Notes: generated from the letters alone by a model not told the origin. 64,000 bases of DNA from Terriglobia bacterium (GCA_963666975.2 CAXVYR010000004.1:2144001-2208000); one strand, 5' to 3'; shown: positions 19,047 to 31,249, counted from the first letter of the stretch. Translations and numbers: made by a program.

Positions 19047-21281
19047 TCAAAAAATCTCCGGGAAATAATACGTCAGCACGGAGTTGAGCCTCATGTCCGC
19101 CACGATGATCTCTTTGGTCCTCGGATTCAAGGCCACGCCGCGAGGTCTTTCAATCGTGCTTTGGGGTCCGCCGATCTTCCACCGTGCGGGAATATCGCCG
19201 TGATCGCGAATGCTCCAGACACCGATAAAAGCGCCCTCCGGCGTCGCCGCCGCCCAGTCGGTGGATTGAGGAATGATGATCCAGCCGCGGGGCGGATAGA
19301 CCTGGATCTGCTCCACGATGGAGATTTCTGTCGCAGGCCCGCGAATGATGCCTCGCGGCTGCACATTGCCATTGTCGGTGCGGTTGAAGATCAGCAGGGC
19401 CCCGCTTCCCCTGCCGCCTCCGTATTCGGTGAGCTTATTGAGCCCCACCACCACCACGTCGTTGACCGGATCAACCGCGACGCTGTTGGCGTTGCGCAAT
19501 TGGGTCGCGGGACCTCGGATCACCCGGATGGGGGCAACATTCCCATTCGCTTCCCTGGGGAAGACCAGTACTGAATCCCGGTTGGGGACGAATATTTCAT
19601 TGTTGATCGGGTCCACGTCCAGCCGGTCCGGCCTCTTCAACTGGGTGCGGGAACCCTGAATGATCCGGATCGGCGCCTCTTCCCCTGTAGCTCCGCCTCG
19701 GAATGTCAGAATCGTCTGGCCGAACTGATTCGGCACCAGGATTTCATCATGAACCGCATCATAGCGGATATCGTGCATGGTTCGTGCCAGCAGCGTCTTT
19801 TGTCCTGCCAGCAATCGATGGGCGGTTGCTGTCCCGTTCGCCAGCCTGGCGAAGGCCGCAATCTGCGGATGGGCCACTCAGTTGGGCACCAGAAGCTCAT
19901 CCCGCTTGGAGTCATAGGCCACACCCCCCGGATTGCCGATCGCCATCGCCACTTTTCCGAGCGGCGCACTGCGGATGGTGCGCAGCGGCGCGGCATTCCC
20001 GTTCGCCGTGCGCCGGTAAATGGTGGCCGAATGGTTGCCCATATTGGAGACCACCACCTCGTCGTTTTTGTTGTCCACATAAATGCCGGTGGGGTTTCGC
20101 AGGCCGGTTGCGGAACCTTCGAGGACCCGGAGAGGCGCTACGTTGCCGCTATCGGTCGCGCGGAAGACCAGGATCGAATCCGCTCCGTCATTGGCGACAA
20201 ACAGTTCCCCGTGCTCCCGGTCCAGATAGATTTGTCCCGGCCAGTTCAACTGCGTCCGGGAGCCTTGGATGACCCGCAACGGTGCGGCGTCTCCGCTGGC
20301 GGTCCGCTCGTGCACGGTGATCGAGGGAGGCAGTGTTTTTCCGCTGCCCGGCACCGCCCTGCTTCGAGTCAGCGGCCAGTTCTCCCGGCCGGGATTCCCG
20401 GCGTCCTCCCGCACTTGATGAACCGAGCCGTGATTGGCCACAAAGATCCAATCATTCTCCGGGTCCACGGCAATCCCATGAGGATCGGCGAGACCGGCAC
20501 GATCCCCCTGGATGAGGCGGATCGGGCCGTCTTCCCCTTGCGCCATCTTGGGATAAACCACCACGGCGCTGTCGTGCTCCACCGTCAGAAACATTTCCTG
20601 GTTTTCTTCGTCCACTGCGATGCCGTAGGTTCCGTGCGGAGTGTGAAGTTCGCGGTCGGGAGGAACGTCGCCCCGCGCCTGGCGGGAAAAGATGACCAAT
20701 GTATCCATGGTGTCGTTGTTGACCGAATAGATGTCCCCATTTGCCGGATCCACATAGAGCCCGCAGTTAAACTCCACCTTGGTCCTGTGCCCGCCGATTA
20801 CGCGCTTCGGCTCGGTCATAGTAGCTGTCGGCGGAGTATTGGCCTCTCGGTCATACACCATGATTTGGAAGAGGTTCTCGTCCTGCAGAATGATCTCATC
20901 CCTCACAGGATCAACGGCCACGGCGCTGAAGGTTGGATAAGTATCCTTGATCGCCCGCACGGGAGCGCGGTCGGCGTCGATGGAAGCTCCCCCGTCATTG
21001 GCGTTCTCTGCGAACACTCGCTCCTGCCGCAGAGCAGCCACCAGCCGGCTCTGCGAACTGGCCGGAACCCACTCGCACATGGCGCTGCCAGCGGCGGGCA
21101 TGGGCTCAACCGAGACCAGTTGAGCGAAGCCCGAGGGTCTCCGCAGAGCCGCCTGGGAGCTCGCCTGGAAAGCAGGCTGCTCCGTGTCCCCGGCTGAAAT
21201 GATCCATCCGGCGCTAACGGCCATTGCAGCGAGAATCGCAATGACACCCGGACGCCATCCAGATTGGTTGCTACGCGGCAT
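19047..21281 (-). CDS. Second exported beta-propeller repeat protein with in-frame UGA at codon 468 (candidate selenoprotein, 744 aa)
   Basis: ORFs 19878-21281 and 19047-19877 are in frame, joined by TGA 19880-19878 (ELLVPN*VAHPQIAAF); paralogue of 6361-8592; hairpin at 19855-19834. Confidence 0.8.
19834..19877 (-). promoter_or_regulatory. Candidate bacterial SECIS element
   Basis: CC-TTCGCC-AGGCT-GGCGAA-C-GG, same spacing from UGA as in the paralogue, compensatory T-A to C-G pair. Confidence 0.7.
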
Positions 21282-21409
21282 ATCGGTTCGTTCCTCCTCC
21301 CAACTTGCCCCGCATGAATGGGTCTATTTTAACGGCTAATCAGCCAACTCAACAACCCAGAGAATGCCGGATTGCGCGGGACTGCAAGCGGTCCATTCTG
21401 TTGGCGGCT

Positions 21410-21638
21410 AAACCGTTTTTACGAATTGTGTGTCCCGTCAGGGCACGGCTTCAGCCGTGCCGAAATGCTCTTCAGCCAAGTGCGCTTCAGCGCCTGAGGT
21501 AAGTCTTGAACTCTGCTTGTTCCAGCGATTCAATCCCACCCTCAGCGGCTGAAGCCGCTGTCGTGATCCGAGTGGCGGCACGGTTAAAACCGTGCCCTGA
21601 CAAGAGCGCAATATGGGATACACGAGTTGTGAAACAGG
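21410..21638. mobile_element. Inverted copy of the 8591-8823 MITE/BIME-like element
   Basis: Reverse complement aligns along its whole length with 8595-8820. Confidence 0.8.
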
Positions 21639-21731
21639 TATAGAAAAAGGAAATTGGCTGCACCGCGAATGTGTCGCTCCCGGGTTCCCTCCTTTTATCC
21701 GATTTCCGAATCTTTATCCAATCCCGGCCAT

Positions 21732-23150
21732 CTATACAATTCCGATCAGGGGCCAATACACCGTTACCAGCAAGAACAGAAGAACCCAGTCCACGACCAG
21801 GAAGAATGCAGCAAACTTCAACACGTCCCGGGAGCCATAACAGCCAAATGTATAGCCGGCAATCAATACGAGCGACTGATAGATGAAAAGCTTTCCGCTG
21901 GCGGAAAAACTCCAGATCATACCCACCGCCAGCGGATTCAAGTTATTGTTCACGGCATAATCCATCACCACCGGCAAGGTGACGGCGATGTTGGCGGTCT
22001 GGGAGGCCAGCAGGAGGTGCGAGACAAAAGCAAGCCAATAGAGGACCAGCGCGGAATGCGATACTTCCTGCAAATAGGGAGCTATGTGCCGGAACACGCC
22101 ATCGGCCATCAGCTGCAGCATCTGTGTATCGCGCAACGCGCCGCCCATGCTGATCGTCGCGCCCATGAAGATGAAGATGAAGAAGTTGATTTTTTTTGTA
22201 TTCTCCGCGGTCAAGACCCCGATGCCGGGCAGAGTCGCCGCCAGACCGACTCCCAGCCCCACCATCGCCGGGCTGATGTGGTGCAGCATATCCGTGGCCC
22301 AGATCGCGATGGCGATTGAGGTCAGAATAGCGGCCCGCTTTTCCTTCCCGCTCCAGGGGCCCAGAAGCTGCAACTGCTCCCGCAGGAACTCCCTTCCTCC
22401 GGGCAACTCCTTTTTCTCCGGAGGGTACAGACGCAGCACCAGCCACCAGACCGCAACCGTATAAAAGATATCCAGCGGCAAATACGCAATGAACCACTGG
22501 CTCCAGTACACGGGCACATTGCCGTGTTCAATGATTAAAGACCGCGCCAGGATGGCGGGCGTGCTGCCGATGATGCACTTGTCAAATAGGGTGGCGCAAA
22601 AGACAACCGCCAGCATCATGCCTTTGGCGACATTGCTCTTCCGGTCCAATCCAAAGCTGGATACCACGCCCATGACGATCGTGCCGAGCAAAATCACACG
22701 GGGCGGCCCCGCCGGAACCAGGAAGGTCAGCACAAAATCAGTGAGGATAAAGGCGAGCAGGATGTTTGAAAAAGAGGTGCCCACACGGGAGAGAATCGTA
22801 AAGGCGAGCCGCCGGGCCAGTCCGCTTTCGGTTACCATGGCGGCGATGAAAAGCGCTCCCAGCAGGAACCAGGGCGCCTCGCTGGTGAAGCCGCTAAACG
22901 CGATGCGGGAGGGAACCACCTGGAGAGCCCAGAACAGCCAGCAGCCGAGCAAGCCCGTCATGGCATGGGGAATCACCTCCCCGATCCAGAAGATCACCAT
23001 GAAACAGGTGATCGCCAGGGCGTGCTGGGGGCGCGGATCCAGCGGCAACGGCGCAAACCATAAAACTGCAAGCGTGAGAACGCCCAGGGCCGCCCCAGCA
23101 AGCTTTCCCTTCGGCATCGGAACCGATTCGTTGACTGCTTCGCCGGTCAC
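21732..23150 (-). CDS. DASS/SLC13-family anion (di/tricarboxylate or sulfate) transporter
   Basis: Many TM helices; AFSGF, ESGLARRLA, YWSQWF, LGPWSGKEK. Confidence 0.85.
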   Translation of the reverse strand: MTGEAVNESVPMPKGKLAGAALGVLTLAVLWFAPLPLDPRPQHALAITCFMVIFWIGEVIPHAMTGLLGCWLFWALQVVPSRIAFSGFTSEAPWFLLGALFIAAMVTESGLARRLAFTILSRVGTSFSNILLAFILTDFVLTFLVPAGPPRVILLGTIVMGVVSSFGLDRKSNVAKGMMLAVVFCATLFDKCIIGSTPAILARSLIIEHGNVPVYWSQWFIAYLPLDIFYTVAVWWLVLRLYPPEKKELPGGREFLREQLQLLGPWSGKEKRAAILTSIAIAIWATDMLHHISPAMVGLGVGLAATLPGIGVLTAENTKKINFFIFIFMGATISMGGALRDTQMLQLMADGVFRHIAPYLQEVSHSALVLYWLAFVSHLLLASQTANIAVTLPVVMDYAVNNNLNPLAVGMIWSFSASGKLFIYQSLVLIAGYTFGCYGSRDVLKFAAFFLVVDWVLLFLLVTVYWPLIGIV

Positions 23151-23437
23151 AGGAATACTCCTCCGCAGTTCTCGCTCCGTATGTTGGAAACAGTGAGGGC
23201 GGGACCACCTGCCAGCTACTCTTCAATCGCAGGGCTTTCTTCGTCCAGAAACCGCTTGCTGCAGTATGGGCAGGCCAGGAGAATCTTTTTATGGCGCAAC
23301 TCCTCATAGTGGCAGTAAAAACGCCCCTGGCATCCCGGACAAGTAACCCAAAAAATTCTGGCCATTCTAAAAAGACCGTTCTTCAGAAAATCCGCCAGAA
23401 GGAAGTCCGCAGGCCCAAATGGCGGGAAGGGGCGCGG

Positions 23438-24928
23438 CTAGACACTCCGTCGGGAATCGGAGAATGTCGGCAGCGCATCCAGTTGTTTGGAGTCCACATA
23501 ATTCTCCAGAGGAAATTTCTGGAGAGCTTGCGCCGGAACCCTTACACGGGCCGCAAAGGGCCTTTTTACCGGCATCGTGGCGTCGATCAACAGCTTGTCG
23601 GTGAGCAAATCGTCGCTCTGGGAAGGGTCCAGAGTGTTTCCTTTGACGTTCTTGATGATATCCACCGCTTCGCGTGCCTGCGTCCGGGTGGCGACGGCGA
23701 ACATGACTTCCTGTTCATTAAACGGATCAATGTCGGCATCGACCACAATGATGTTTTTGATAAAGTCCACCTGCCCAAAGGCAGCCAGCGCGGCCTGCTT
23801 GGTTTCCCCCGGCACCTTCTTGTCAATCGAGATGTAGCAGTTGAAGCGGCCGCTCCCGGAAAGAGCGAAATGCACCGCCTTGACCGTGGGCACGATGCCC
23901 TTGATGGTGTTATAAATCGCTCCTTCCTTCGGGATTCCCCCCAGAATCCAATTGTCGCGGTGGCCCACGAAGGCGTGCTGCAGGATGGCTTGGCGGCGGT
24001 GGGTGATGGCGGTCACCTGGATCACGGGCCGGACTCGCTGGGGGCCGTAGTAGCCGGTGAATTCCCCGAAAGGCGCTTCCACTTCGCGCTCATTGGGCAA
24101 AATCTCTCCCTCCACGATCATTTCCGCATCGGCGGGCACCAGAATCTCTTCGCCCCAGGTCTCGGAAGCAACCAGCCGCAGTGGCTGGCCCGTAATCCCG
24201 CCGATGACCGCGTAGTCATCCTTGCCAAAGGCTTCCACATTCAACGCTCCCAGATAAAAGCCGGGGTGGTGGCTGGCGACGATCGCCACGGGGGTGGGCC
24301 GGTTCCGCGATTCGTACTGGCGGAAAATCTGCCAGTTGTGCCGGGGAGACATGTGGATGCCCAGCTTCCGCGGCCCTTTGTACATGGTCCGCAAGAAGGC
24401 AATGTTGTAGAAGCCCTCCTCCGGATGCTTCATCACCGGAGTCATGTTGATATAAGGGGCGGGGTCCATTTCATGATGGCGCACGATCGGGAAGTTGCGC
24501 AGGTCGCACTCCTCACCCCGCGCGACCACTTCTTTGACCGGGGCGTGGGACGGCTCAATGCGAACCGGCGGCAGCGGAGATTCCAGCCGGCGGGCATATT
24601 CCAGGCTCAATTCCATGCCGGACTGCTCACGCTTCAGTCCCAAGGCCAGCGCGCACCGTTCCCGGCAGGCGTAAACATTGCTCAGCAACGGAAAGGGCAG
24701 GTCGTCGCCCCGCATGCCTTTCGTCTTTTCAAACCACACCAGCGGAAACTTCCCCAAGTCCTCCAGATGTTTCAGCACCGCCGTGACCTCGAACTTTGCG
24801 GGGTCCACCGGCCGACTGACCCGGATCATCTCGCTGGGAAAATTCTTTTCGAGCGAGCCCAAAAACTTGCGCAGAGACAGCTCGGCGACAGCCGCGCCGC
24901 TTTTGGATTTAAGAACGGTAGCACCCAT
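23438..24928 (-). CDS. UbiD-family prFMN-dependent decarboxylase
   Basis: VPADAEMIVEG, EAPFGEFTGYY, IVVDADIDPF, ATR, LDPS; start ATG 24928 behind AAGGA. Confidence 0.92.
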   Translation of the reverse strand: MGATVLKSKSGAAVAELSLRKFLGSLEKNFPSEMIRVSRPVDPAKFEVTAVLKHLEDLGKFPLVWFEKTKGMRGDDLPFPLLSNVYACRERCALALGLKREQSGMELSLEYARRLESPLPPVRIEPSHAPVKEVVARGEECDLRNFPIVRHHEMDPAPYINMTPVMKHPEEGFYNIAFLRTMYKGPRKLGIHMSPRHNWQIFRQYESRNRPTPVAIVASHHPGFYLGALNVEAFGKDDYAVIGGITGQPLRLVASETWGEEILVPADAEMIVEGEILPNEREVEAPFGEFTGYYGPQRVRPVIQVTAITHRRQAILQHAFVGHRDNWILGGIPKEGAIYNTIKGIVPTVKAVHFALSGSGRFNCYISIDKKVPGETKQAALAAFGQVDFIKNIIVVDADIDPFNEQEVMFAVATRTQAREAVDIIKNVKGNTLDPSQSDDLLTDKLLIDATMPVKRPFAARVRVPAQALQKFPLENYVDSKQLDALPTFSDSRRSV

Positions 24929-25045
24929 AGGAAATCCTTTCTCCGTATCAGGCCCCTGCATCCATTATTCCGGACAAAAAGGATACCTCAGCCGCAGGAT
25001 TCCCGCAAACCCCCTTCTTGCTTTCTTCTGAGCTGAAGCGGCGGG

Positions 25046-26110
25046 TTATTGCTGGGTTTTGAGTTTTTGAAGCGATTCGAGATAAGGGGCCCTGGCCACT
25101 CCCCGCTCGGTGATGATGGCGGAAACGTAGGAGTGAGGCGTAACGTCAAAGGCAGGGTTCAAGACGGCAATCCCCTCCGGCGCGATCCGCACGCCCTGGA
25201 TGGAAGTCACCTCAGAGCCGGAGCGCTGTTCGATGGGGATCGACTCGCCGGAAGCAATATCCAGGTCCACGGTGGAAAGCGGCGCGGCTACATAAAAAGG
25301 AACTTTGTTTTCCTTGGCCAAAACCGCCACCGAGTATGTTCCGATCTTGTTCGCCACATCGCCATTGGCGGCGATGCGATCGGCTCCCACCACAACGCAC
25401 CCGACTCGTCCGGAATGCAGGAAGTGGCCCGCCATGTTGTCGGAGATCAGCGTGGTTGGAATCCCGTCCTTCTGGAGTTCCCAAGCAGTCAGCCGGGCGC
25501 CTTGCAGGAAGGGGCGGGTCTCGAGCGACAGCACATCCACGTTCTTGCCCTCGGCTATCGCGGAACGGATCACGCCCAAGGCCGTCCCATAACCCGCCGT
25601 AGCCAGCGCACCGGCGTTACAGTAGGTCATCACCGTTTTCCCGGCTGGTATCAGCGAGGCTCCATGCCCGCCCAGGGCTTTGTTCGCTTCAATGTCTTCT
25701 TCTAAGATTAGTTGCGCCTCCTGTTCCAGCTTTGTCCGGGCTGTCTCGATGCTCGCCTCCTGTTTCATCAGGCCGTCAAACAACTCGCTCATGCGCCTGA
25801 TCGCCCAGAAGAGGTTGACCGCCGTGGGGCGGGTGGCAGCCAGGGTCTCGGTGATCTGCCGGAATTCGGCTTTCAAAGCATCCCTGTCTGTGGCCTGGGA
25901 TTGCCGGACGCCCAGAGCAATCCCCATAGCCGCCGTCACCCCGATGGCGGGAGCGCCGCGCACCGCCATGGACCGGATGGCCTCGGCCACCTCCTGGTAA
26001 GTGCGGCACAGTAGATACTCTTCCTGGAGCGGCAACAGGCGCTGGTCGATCAGCAGGACGCCTTCCGGGGTCCATTCGATGGTCTTCACCGTGTTTGCGG
26101 TTGCTTTCAA
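25046..26110 (-). CDS. mtnA: S-methyl-5-thioribose-1-phosphate isomerase
   Basis: [59 protein letters not shown]. Confidence 0.96.
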   Translation of the reverse strand: MKATANTVKTIEWTPEGVLLIDQRLLPLQEEYLLCRTYQEVAEAIRSMAVRGAPAIGVTAAMGIALGVRQSQATDRDALKAEFRQITETLAATRPTAVNLFWAIRRMSELFDGLMKQEASIETARTKLEQEAQLILEEDIEANKALGGHGASLIPAGKTVMTYCNAGALATAGYGTALGVIRSAIAEGKNVDVLSLETRPFLQGARLTAWELQKDGIPTTLISDNMAGHFLHSGRVGCVVVGADRIAANGDVANKIGTYSVAVLAKENKVPFYVAAPLSTVDLDIASGESIPIEQRSGSEVTSIQGVRIAPEGIAVLNPAFDVTPHSYVSAIITERGVARAPYLESLQKLKTQQ

Positions 26111-26195
26111 GGAATCACCGATCTTTTGACCCTGCCCACTCTTCTGCCCCGCGAATTCTTCCTGTTCCTATCCGCTCTTCGGGTCTGGCTGGCCC

Positions 26196-27065
26196 TCATC
26201 CGCTCAGGTCGCGGAAGCCGTCCGTGGAGATGTACATCGAGACAAACAGGCAAGCATTGTACGCCAGATGCATTAGAAAAGGCGGCAGCAAGGAGCCGGT
26301 TTTCCCCCGGCAATAGGAAAACACACCTCCCACAACGAGGATGGTGGCGATTTCAGGCCATCCACCCCACAATTGCGGGGCGTGAATGGCGGCGAACAGC
26401 AGCGCGGTTAAAACTACCGCTATCCAAAATCCCCAAAGCTTCTCAAATACGGGATAAAAGAACCCCCGGAAGATCAGTTCCTCCACAAAGGGAGCCACAC
26501 AGATCCCCAAAACAACCAGCATATAGGCAGCGTCGGGACTGGAAAGCCACTTTTCAATGGGCAGTGGTTTCTCGGAGGGGAATAAGTTGAATTGGTCGAA
26601 AGTCCAGTCCAGGATCGGCGCCAGGAAGGCTAATGCTGCGCCGCCGAACAGATAGGCAATCCCGTGCTGCGGTCCGCGCACCCACCGGAGGGCCTGCCAA
26701 AACGGCCGGCGATACTTCGTGGTGATGATGAAGTAGATGAACAGAAGCCACGAAAGCTCCAACCCCACCTGCATCGAAATCACAAAAGGAGTCTGCCTGG
26801 AAGCTTCCTCCCCGGGTGGAAAGAATGAGGAGGCCGCCAAAACCACAAACAGAAAAGAAAGCACGGCAAATAAGACGAAAGCGCCCAGGTCGGCGAGCGA
26901 CCAGGGCGGCTCCATGCCAGAAGTGGGGCTGGAAACCGGACTAGAAGCGGGAGTTACAGGTGCAGTCTCGGAGGGCCACAAAGGAAGCTGCGAACCGGCC
27001 TGATCGGCCGGTTGTTGTTCGTTCCGTGTGCCGGGCGGCTCGCGCCGCAACTCATCCATTGCCAT
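26196..27065 (-). CDS. CPBP-family (CAAX-like) intramembrane metalloprotease
   Basis: APFVEELIFRG, LFAAIH, H..YN. Confidence 0.9.
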   Translation of the reverse strand: MAMDELRREPPGTRNEQQPADQAGSQLPLWPSETAPVTPASSPVSSPTSGMEPPWSLADLGAFVLFAVLSFLFVVLAASSFFPPGEEASRQTPFVISMQVGLELSWLLFIYFIITTKYRRPFWQALRWVRGPQHGIAYLFGGAALAFLAPILDWTFDQFNLFPSEKPLPIEKWLSSPDAAYMLVVLGICVAPFVEELIFRGFFYPVFEKLWGFWIAVVLTALLFAAIHAPQLWGGWPEIATILVVGGVFSYCRGKTGSLLPPFLMHLAYNACLFVSMYISTDGFRDLSG

Positions 27066-28046
27066 TTAATCCTGTTCAATCAGGGCCGCCGCCAGCAGCG
27101 GCAACAGGATTTCGTGATGACCGGTAAGGGCAATTCCCTGGCCTCCATCGAGGGTCGGCCGCCGCACCACATTTTCCGACGGCCGGTACTGCTGTAAAAA
27201 GTCCATGTTCACGGTAGTGAATTCCCGCAACGGGTGGCCCAGGTTGCGCACCACAGAGACTGCCTTCAGGAATACCTCCGGCAGGATCACGGCGGAGCCT
27301 ACGTTCAGGTAAACGCCGCCGGAGTTCAGCTCCCGAACCAAGCTGGCAAACAACGAAAAATCTCGGAAGCTGGTCCCGCCGATGGCCCGGCCATCGGCCA
27401 GCGGATGGTTGTGCGGCGTGTCGGTGCCCAGGGCCACATGGACCGTGACGGGAATCTTCCGGCGATAGGCATGGATCAGCAGGCTCGCATCTGCGAACGC
27501 CGCTTTTCCGGGAGATGATCCCGCCGGTTCCTGACAGAGACCTTCCAGGAACCGGCCCAGTCCCTCGCCCATCCCGATCTCGTCGCGATCGGCGGCCGAG
27601 ATTGCCTGGTTCATCCATGCGCCGGTCTCCTCCGCCATGCCAAACCGTCCTTCGGGCAGCGCGGCGTCTACGTCCTCCGAAGTAGCCCCAGCCAGAGCGA
27701 CCTCAAAGTCATGAATGGCCGCAGCCCCGTTCATGACGATGCTAGAGACAAACCCCCGCTCCATCAGGTCAATCAGCACCGGACTTAGTCCGACCTTAAT
27801 GACGTGGCCGCCCAGTCCCCACAGGATCGGCTTCCCTTTTTTTCGGGCACTGAGAATTGCTTCGACGGCGGCGCGAAAACTTTTGCCGGCCAGAATCTGC
27901 GGCAGCGAATCGACCAGCGCCCCGACGCCTTGCCCTTTCCGGTAGGGGCGCGCGAACTGGCTTGCCTGGACCTTCGCAGGCCGTTTGCCCAAAGCTATTG
28001 TCCGCAAGCCGGTCCGGTCCAGCGGGCCTGTATCATAAATACTCAT
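27066..28046 (-). CDS. Conserved deoxyhypusine-synthase-like (GSU2086-type) protein
   Basis: GGHVIKVG, IHDFEVAL.G.TSEDV, FGMAEET, GSAVILPEVFLKA, GHHEIL. Confidence 0.75.
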   Translation of the reverse strand: MSIYDTGPLDRTGLRTIALGKRPAKVQASQFARPYRKGQGVGALVDSLPQILAGKSFRAAVEAILSARKKGKPILWGLGGHVIKVGLSPVLIDLMERGFVSSIVMNGAAAIHDFEVALAGATSEDVDAALPEGRFGMAEETGAWMNQAISAADRDEIGMGEGLGRFLEGLCQEPAGSSPGKAAFADASLLIHAYRRKIPVTVHVALGTDTPHNHPLADGRAIGGTSFRDFSLFASLVRELNSGGVYLNVGSAVILPEVFLKAVSVVRNLGHPLREFTTVNMDFLQQYRPSENVVRRPTLDGGQGIALTGHHEILLPLLAAALIEQD

Positions 28047-28275
28047 AGCTACTCATGAACACCTGCGGCCAGAAGAATCGTTTCCGGTCCCTCGCGGGCG
28101 GGTCCGGACGTGAGCGGCGCTCAATTGCTTATTGTAAACGGATTCGGTGGTTGGGGAACATTCCCGAAATATTACGGGCAGTCTATTCATTGCGGGGAAC
28201 AAGCAGATGGCAGGCACGGTCTCCCCGGCTTTGGAGCGGGACTATTGATCGAGAGGGTCATTGGATCGCTTTTTG

Positions 28276-31086
28276 TTACCGGGAGCGCCCTCCGTTCATC
28301 CCCGAACGCGCCGGAAGAACCTTGGCGAGGGCCTGGCCCGTGAAGGAACGACGGGAGCGCATCACCTGTTCCGGAGTTCCCTGGGCTACCAGCTTCCCCC
28401 CGGCTTCCCCTCCCTCGGGTCCGAGATCAATCACCCAGTCCGCCGTCTTGATTACATCCAGATTGTGCTCGATGATGATGACGGTGTTCCCCAACTCTGT
28501 CAAGCGGTTCAACACCTCCAGGAGCTTCCGCACGTCGTCATAGTGAAGGCCTGTGGTAGGCTCGTCCAGGATGTACAAGGTGCGGCCCGTCTGGCGTTTG
28601 CTCAACTCGCGCGCCAGCTTGATGCGCTGGGCCTCTCCCCCGGATAGCGTTGTCGAGGACTGCCCCAGGTGCAGGTAGCCGAGGCCCACCTCCTCCAGCG
28701 TTTTCAGCTTCTGCATCACCTGAGGGATGTTTTCGAGCACCGGCAGGACGTCCTGCACCGTGCTCTCCAGCATGTCTGCGATAGAGTGCCCCTTGTAGTT
28801 GACCGCCAGCGTCTCGGAATTGTAACGGCGTCCCCGGCAGATTTCGCAGGTGACGTAAACGTCGGGCAGGAAGTTCATCTCGATGCGCCGCTGCCCGTCT
28901 CCCTGGCAGGCCTCGCACCTTCCGCCGCGGACGTTGAAGCTGAAGCGCCCGGGGCGATAGCCGCGTTCGCGGGACTCCGGCAACAGGGCGAACCATTCCC
29001 GGATAGGAGTAAAAACGCCGGTGTAGGTAGCGGGGTTGGACCGTGGCGTGCGCCCGATGGGCGATTGATCGATGCAGATGACCTTGTCGATCAACTCGGC
29101 GCCTTGCAGGCGGCTGTGCGCTCCCGGCTTTTCCATCGCCCGGTAAATTTTGCGGGCCATGGCGCGGTAGAGAATGTCATTCACCAGCGTCGATTTGCCG
29201 GAGCCGGAGACTCCCGTGACCACGGTGAGCAACCCGATGGGGAACCCGGCCTCTATGCTTTTCAGGTTGTTGGCGCGAGCGCCCAATACCCGAATGAACT
29301 TTCCGTTCGGCTTTCGGCGCAATGCTGGAACAGGGATGGCAAGCTTCCCGGCCAGGTAACGGCCCGTCAAGGAAGCCTCGCTGGCAGCGATCTCGGCGGG
29401 CGTGCCGGCAGCCACCAGATAACCCCCTTTGCGTCCGGCTCCCGGCCCCAGGTCCACCACGTAATCGGCACGGCGAATAGTCTCCTCGTCGTGCTCCACT
29501 ACAAGCACGGTATTGCCCAGATCGCGCAGATTTTCGAGTGTTGCCAGCAACCGGGCGTTGTCGCGCTGGTGCAGGCCGATGGAAGGCTCGTCCAAAACGT
29601 AGAGCACGCCTCGCAATTTGGAGCCGATCTGCGTGGCCAGGCGGATACGCTGCGCCTCCCCGCCCGAGAGCGTGGTTGCGGAGCGGTCCAGCGTCAAATA
29701 GCCGATGCCCACGTCCATCAAAAATTGCAACCGCTCCAATATCTCGCCCACAACGCGCCCGGCGATTTTCTCCTCCCGGCCCATCAGGCTCAGCCCCTCC
29801 AGTATCTGGACCACTTTGCTGACAGGCTCCGCAGTGAGGTCGGCGATGGAGAATTGCTTCACCCGTACGGCCAGACTTTCCGGACGCAGCCGCCGCCCCT
29901 GGCAATTTTCGCAAGCTACAGCCGACATATATTGCGTCAGCCATTCCCGGTATCCCTCCGAACTGCTCTCTTCATAAACCTGCCGGAGACTAGGGATGAT
30001 GCCGGGAAATTTTTTCCGGGAGCGCTGCCCGTTCGATTGCTTGCCGTAGAGAATCTGGTTTTGCACCCGCGTCGGCAAATCACCAAAGGGAGTTCCGAGA
30101 TCGACGCGATGCTCCTCTGCTGCCTCGGCCAGCGCCCGCCGCAGAACCAGCGAACCGGAGCCGGGCCCCAATCCTCCCTCGAGCAGCGGCTTGCCCCAGT
30201 CCACAATCAGCCGGGCGGGATCGAAGTCCCACTTGTTGCCGAGTCCCTGGCAGGAGGCGCACGCTCCGTATTTGCTGTTGAAGGAGAAGGAGCGAGGCTC
30301 AAATGCGGGGACGCTGGTGCCGCAATCCGCGCAAGCCAGCGATTCCGAATAGAGGCGCTCTTCCCCATCCACCACGGCCACCTGTACCAGCCCTTTGGCC
30401 AGCTTCATGGCGGTGGCGACGGAGGCTTCCACCCGCTTCTCCACGCCGGGCCTCACCAGCAGACGGTCCACTACAACCTCAATGGTATGGTTCTTGCGCT
30501 TGTCGAGACGAATCGGCTCCTCCAGGCTGTGCAGCGCGCCGTCGATGCGCGCGCGGAGGAAACCCTCGCGCGCGAGTTTTTCCATCTCCTTCTTGAACTC
30601 TCCTTTGCGGCCCCGAACCAGGGGAGCCAGGATCATGATGCGGTCGCTGCCTTCGAGCGCGAGGACCTGCTCGACGATTTGGTGAACGGACTGGCGCGTG
30701 ACGGGCTTCCGGCAGTTGGGACAATGTGGAACGCCGATGGAGGAATAGAGCAGCCGCAGGTAGTCGTAAATCTCCGTAATGGTGCCCACCGTCGAGCGCG
30801 GGCTGCGGGCGGTGGTTTTCTGTTCAATGGAGATGGCGGGGCTCAGGCCCTCTATCGAGTCCACATCGGGCCGCTCCACCTGGTCCAGAAACTGCCGCGC
30901 ATAGGCCGAGAGCGTCTCGACGTAGCGGCGCTGGCCCTCGGCGTAGATGGTGTCAAACGCCAGGCTGGATTTCCCGGAGCCGCTCAGGCCGGTGACGACA
31001 GTGAGCGCGTGACGGGGAATCTCCACGGAGATGTTTTTCAGGTTGTGCTGCCGCGCCCCGCGAACAGTGATCTTCTCAATCGCCAT
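28276..31086 (-). CDS. uvrA: Excinuclease ABC subunit A
   Basis: [23 protein letters not shown], two LSGGEAQRI motifs, Zn fingers. Confidence 0.98.
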   Translation of the reverse strand: MAIEKITVRGARQHNLKNISVEIPRHALTVVTGLSGSGKSSLAFDTIYAEGQRRYVETLSAYARQFLDQVERPDVDSIEGLSPAISIEQKTTARSPRSTVGTITEIYDYLRLLYSSIGVPHCPNCRKPVTRQSVHQIVEQVLALEGSDRIMILAPLVRGRKGEFKKEMEKLAREGFLRARIDGALHSLEEPIRLDKRKNHTIEVVVDRLLVRPGVEKRVEASVATAMKLAKGLVQVAVVDGEERLYSESLACADCGTSVPAFEPRSFSFNSKYGACASCQGLGNKWDFDPARLIVDWGKPLLEGGLGPGSGSLVLRRALAEAAEEHRVDLGTPFGDLPTRVQNQILYGKQSNGQRSRKKFPGIIPSLRQVYEESSSEGYREWLTQYMSAVACENCQGRRLRPESLAVRVKQFSIADLTAEPVSKVVQILEGLSLMGREEKIAGRVVGEILERLQFLMDVGIGYLTLDRSATTLSGGEAQRIRLATQIGSKLRGVLYVLDEPSIGLHQRDNARLLATLENLRDLGNTVLVVEHDEETIRRADYVVDLGPGAGRKGGYLVAAGTPAEIAASEASLTGRYLAGKLAIPVPALRRKPNGKFIRVLGARANNLKSIEAGFPIGLLTVVTGVSGSGKSTLVNDILYRAMARKIYRAMEKPGAHSRLQGAELIDKVICIDQSPIGRTPRSNPATYTGVFTPIREWFALLPESRERGYRPGRFSFNVRGGRCEACQGDGQRRIEMNFLPDVYVTCEICRGRRYNSETLAVNYKGHSIADMLESTVQDVLPVLENIPQVMQKLKTLEEVGLGYLHLGQSSTTLSGGEAQRIKLARELSKRQTGRTLYILDEPTTGLHYDDVRKLLEVLNRLTELGNTVIIIEHNLDVIKTADWVIDLGPEGGEAGGKLVAQGTPEQVMRSRRSFTGQALAKVLPARSGMNGGRSR

Positions 31087-31249
31087 TAGATTTCCACACT
31101 CAGTCGTTCCGGCAAGATAGAAGCTACGGAAAGCCCCATGGAAGACAGGACAACCAATTATCATAGCCCTTGTGTCAGGAGAGGGTCAAACCACTGCTTG
31201 TCCAACCGCTTGTCCAGCCCATTACTAATCGCGTGCTCTTCAACAAATG

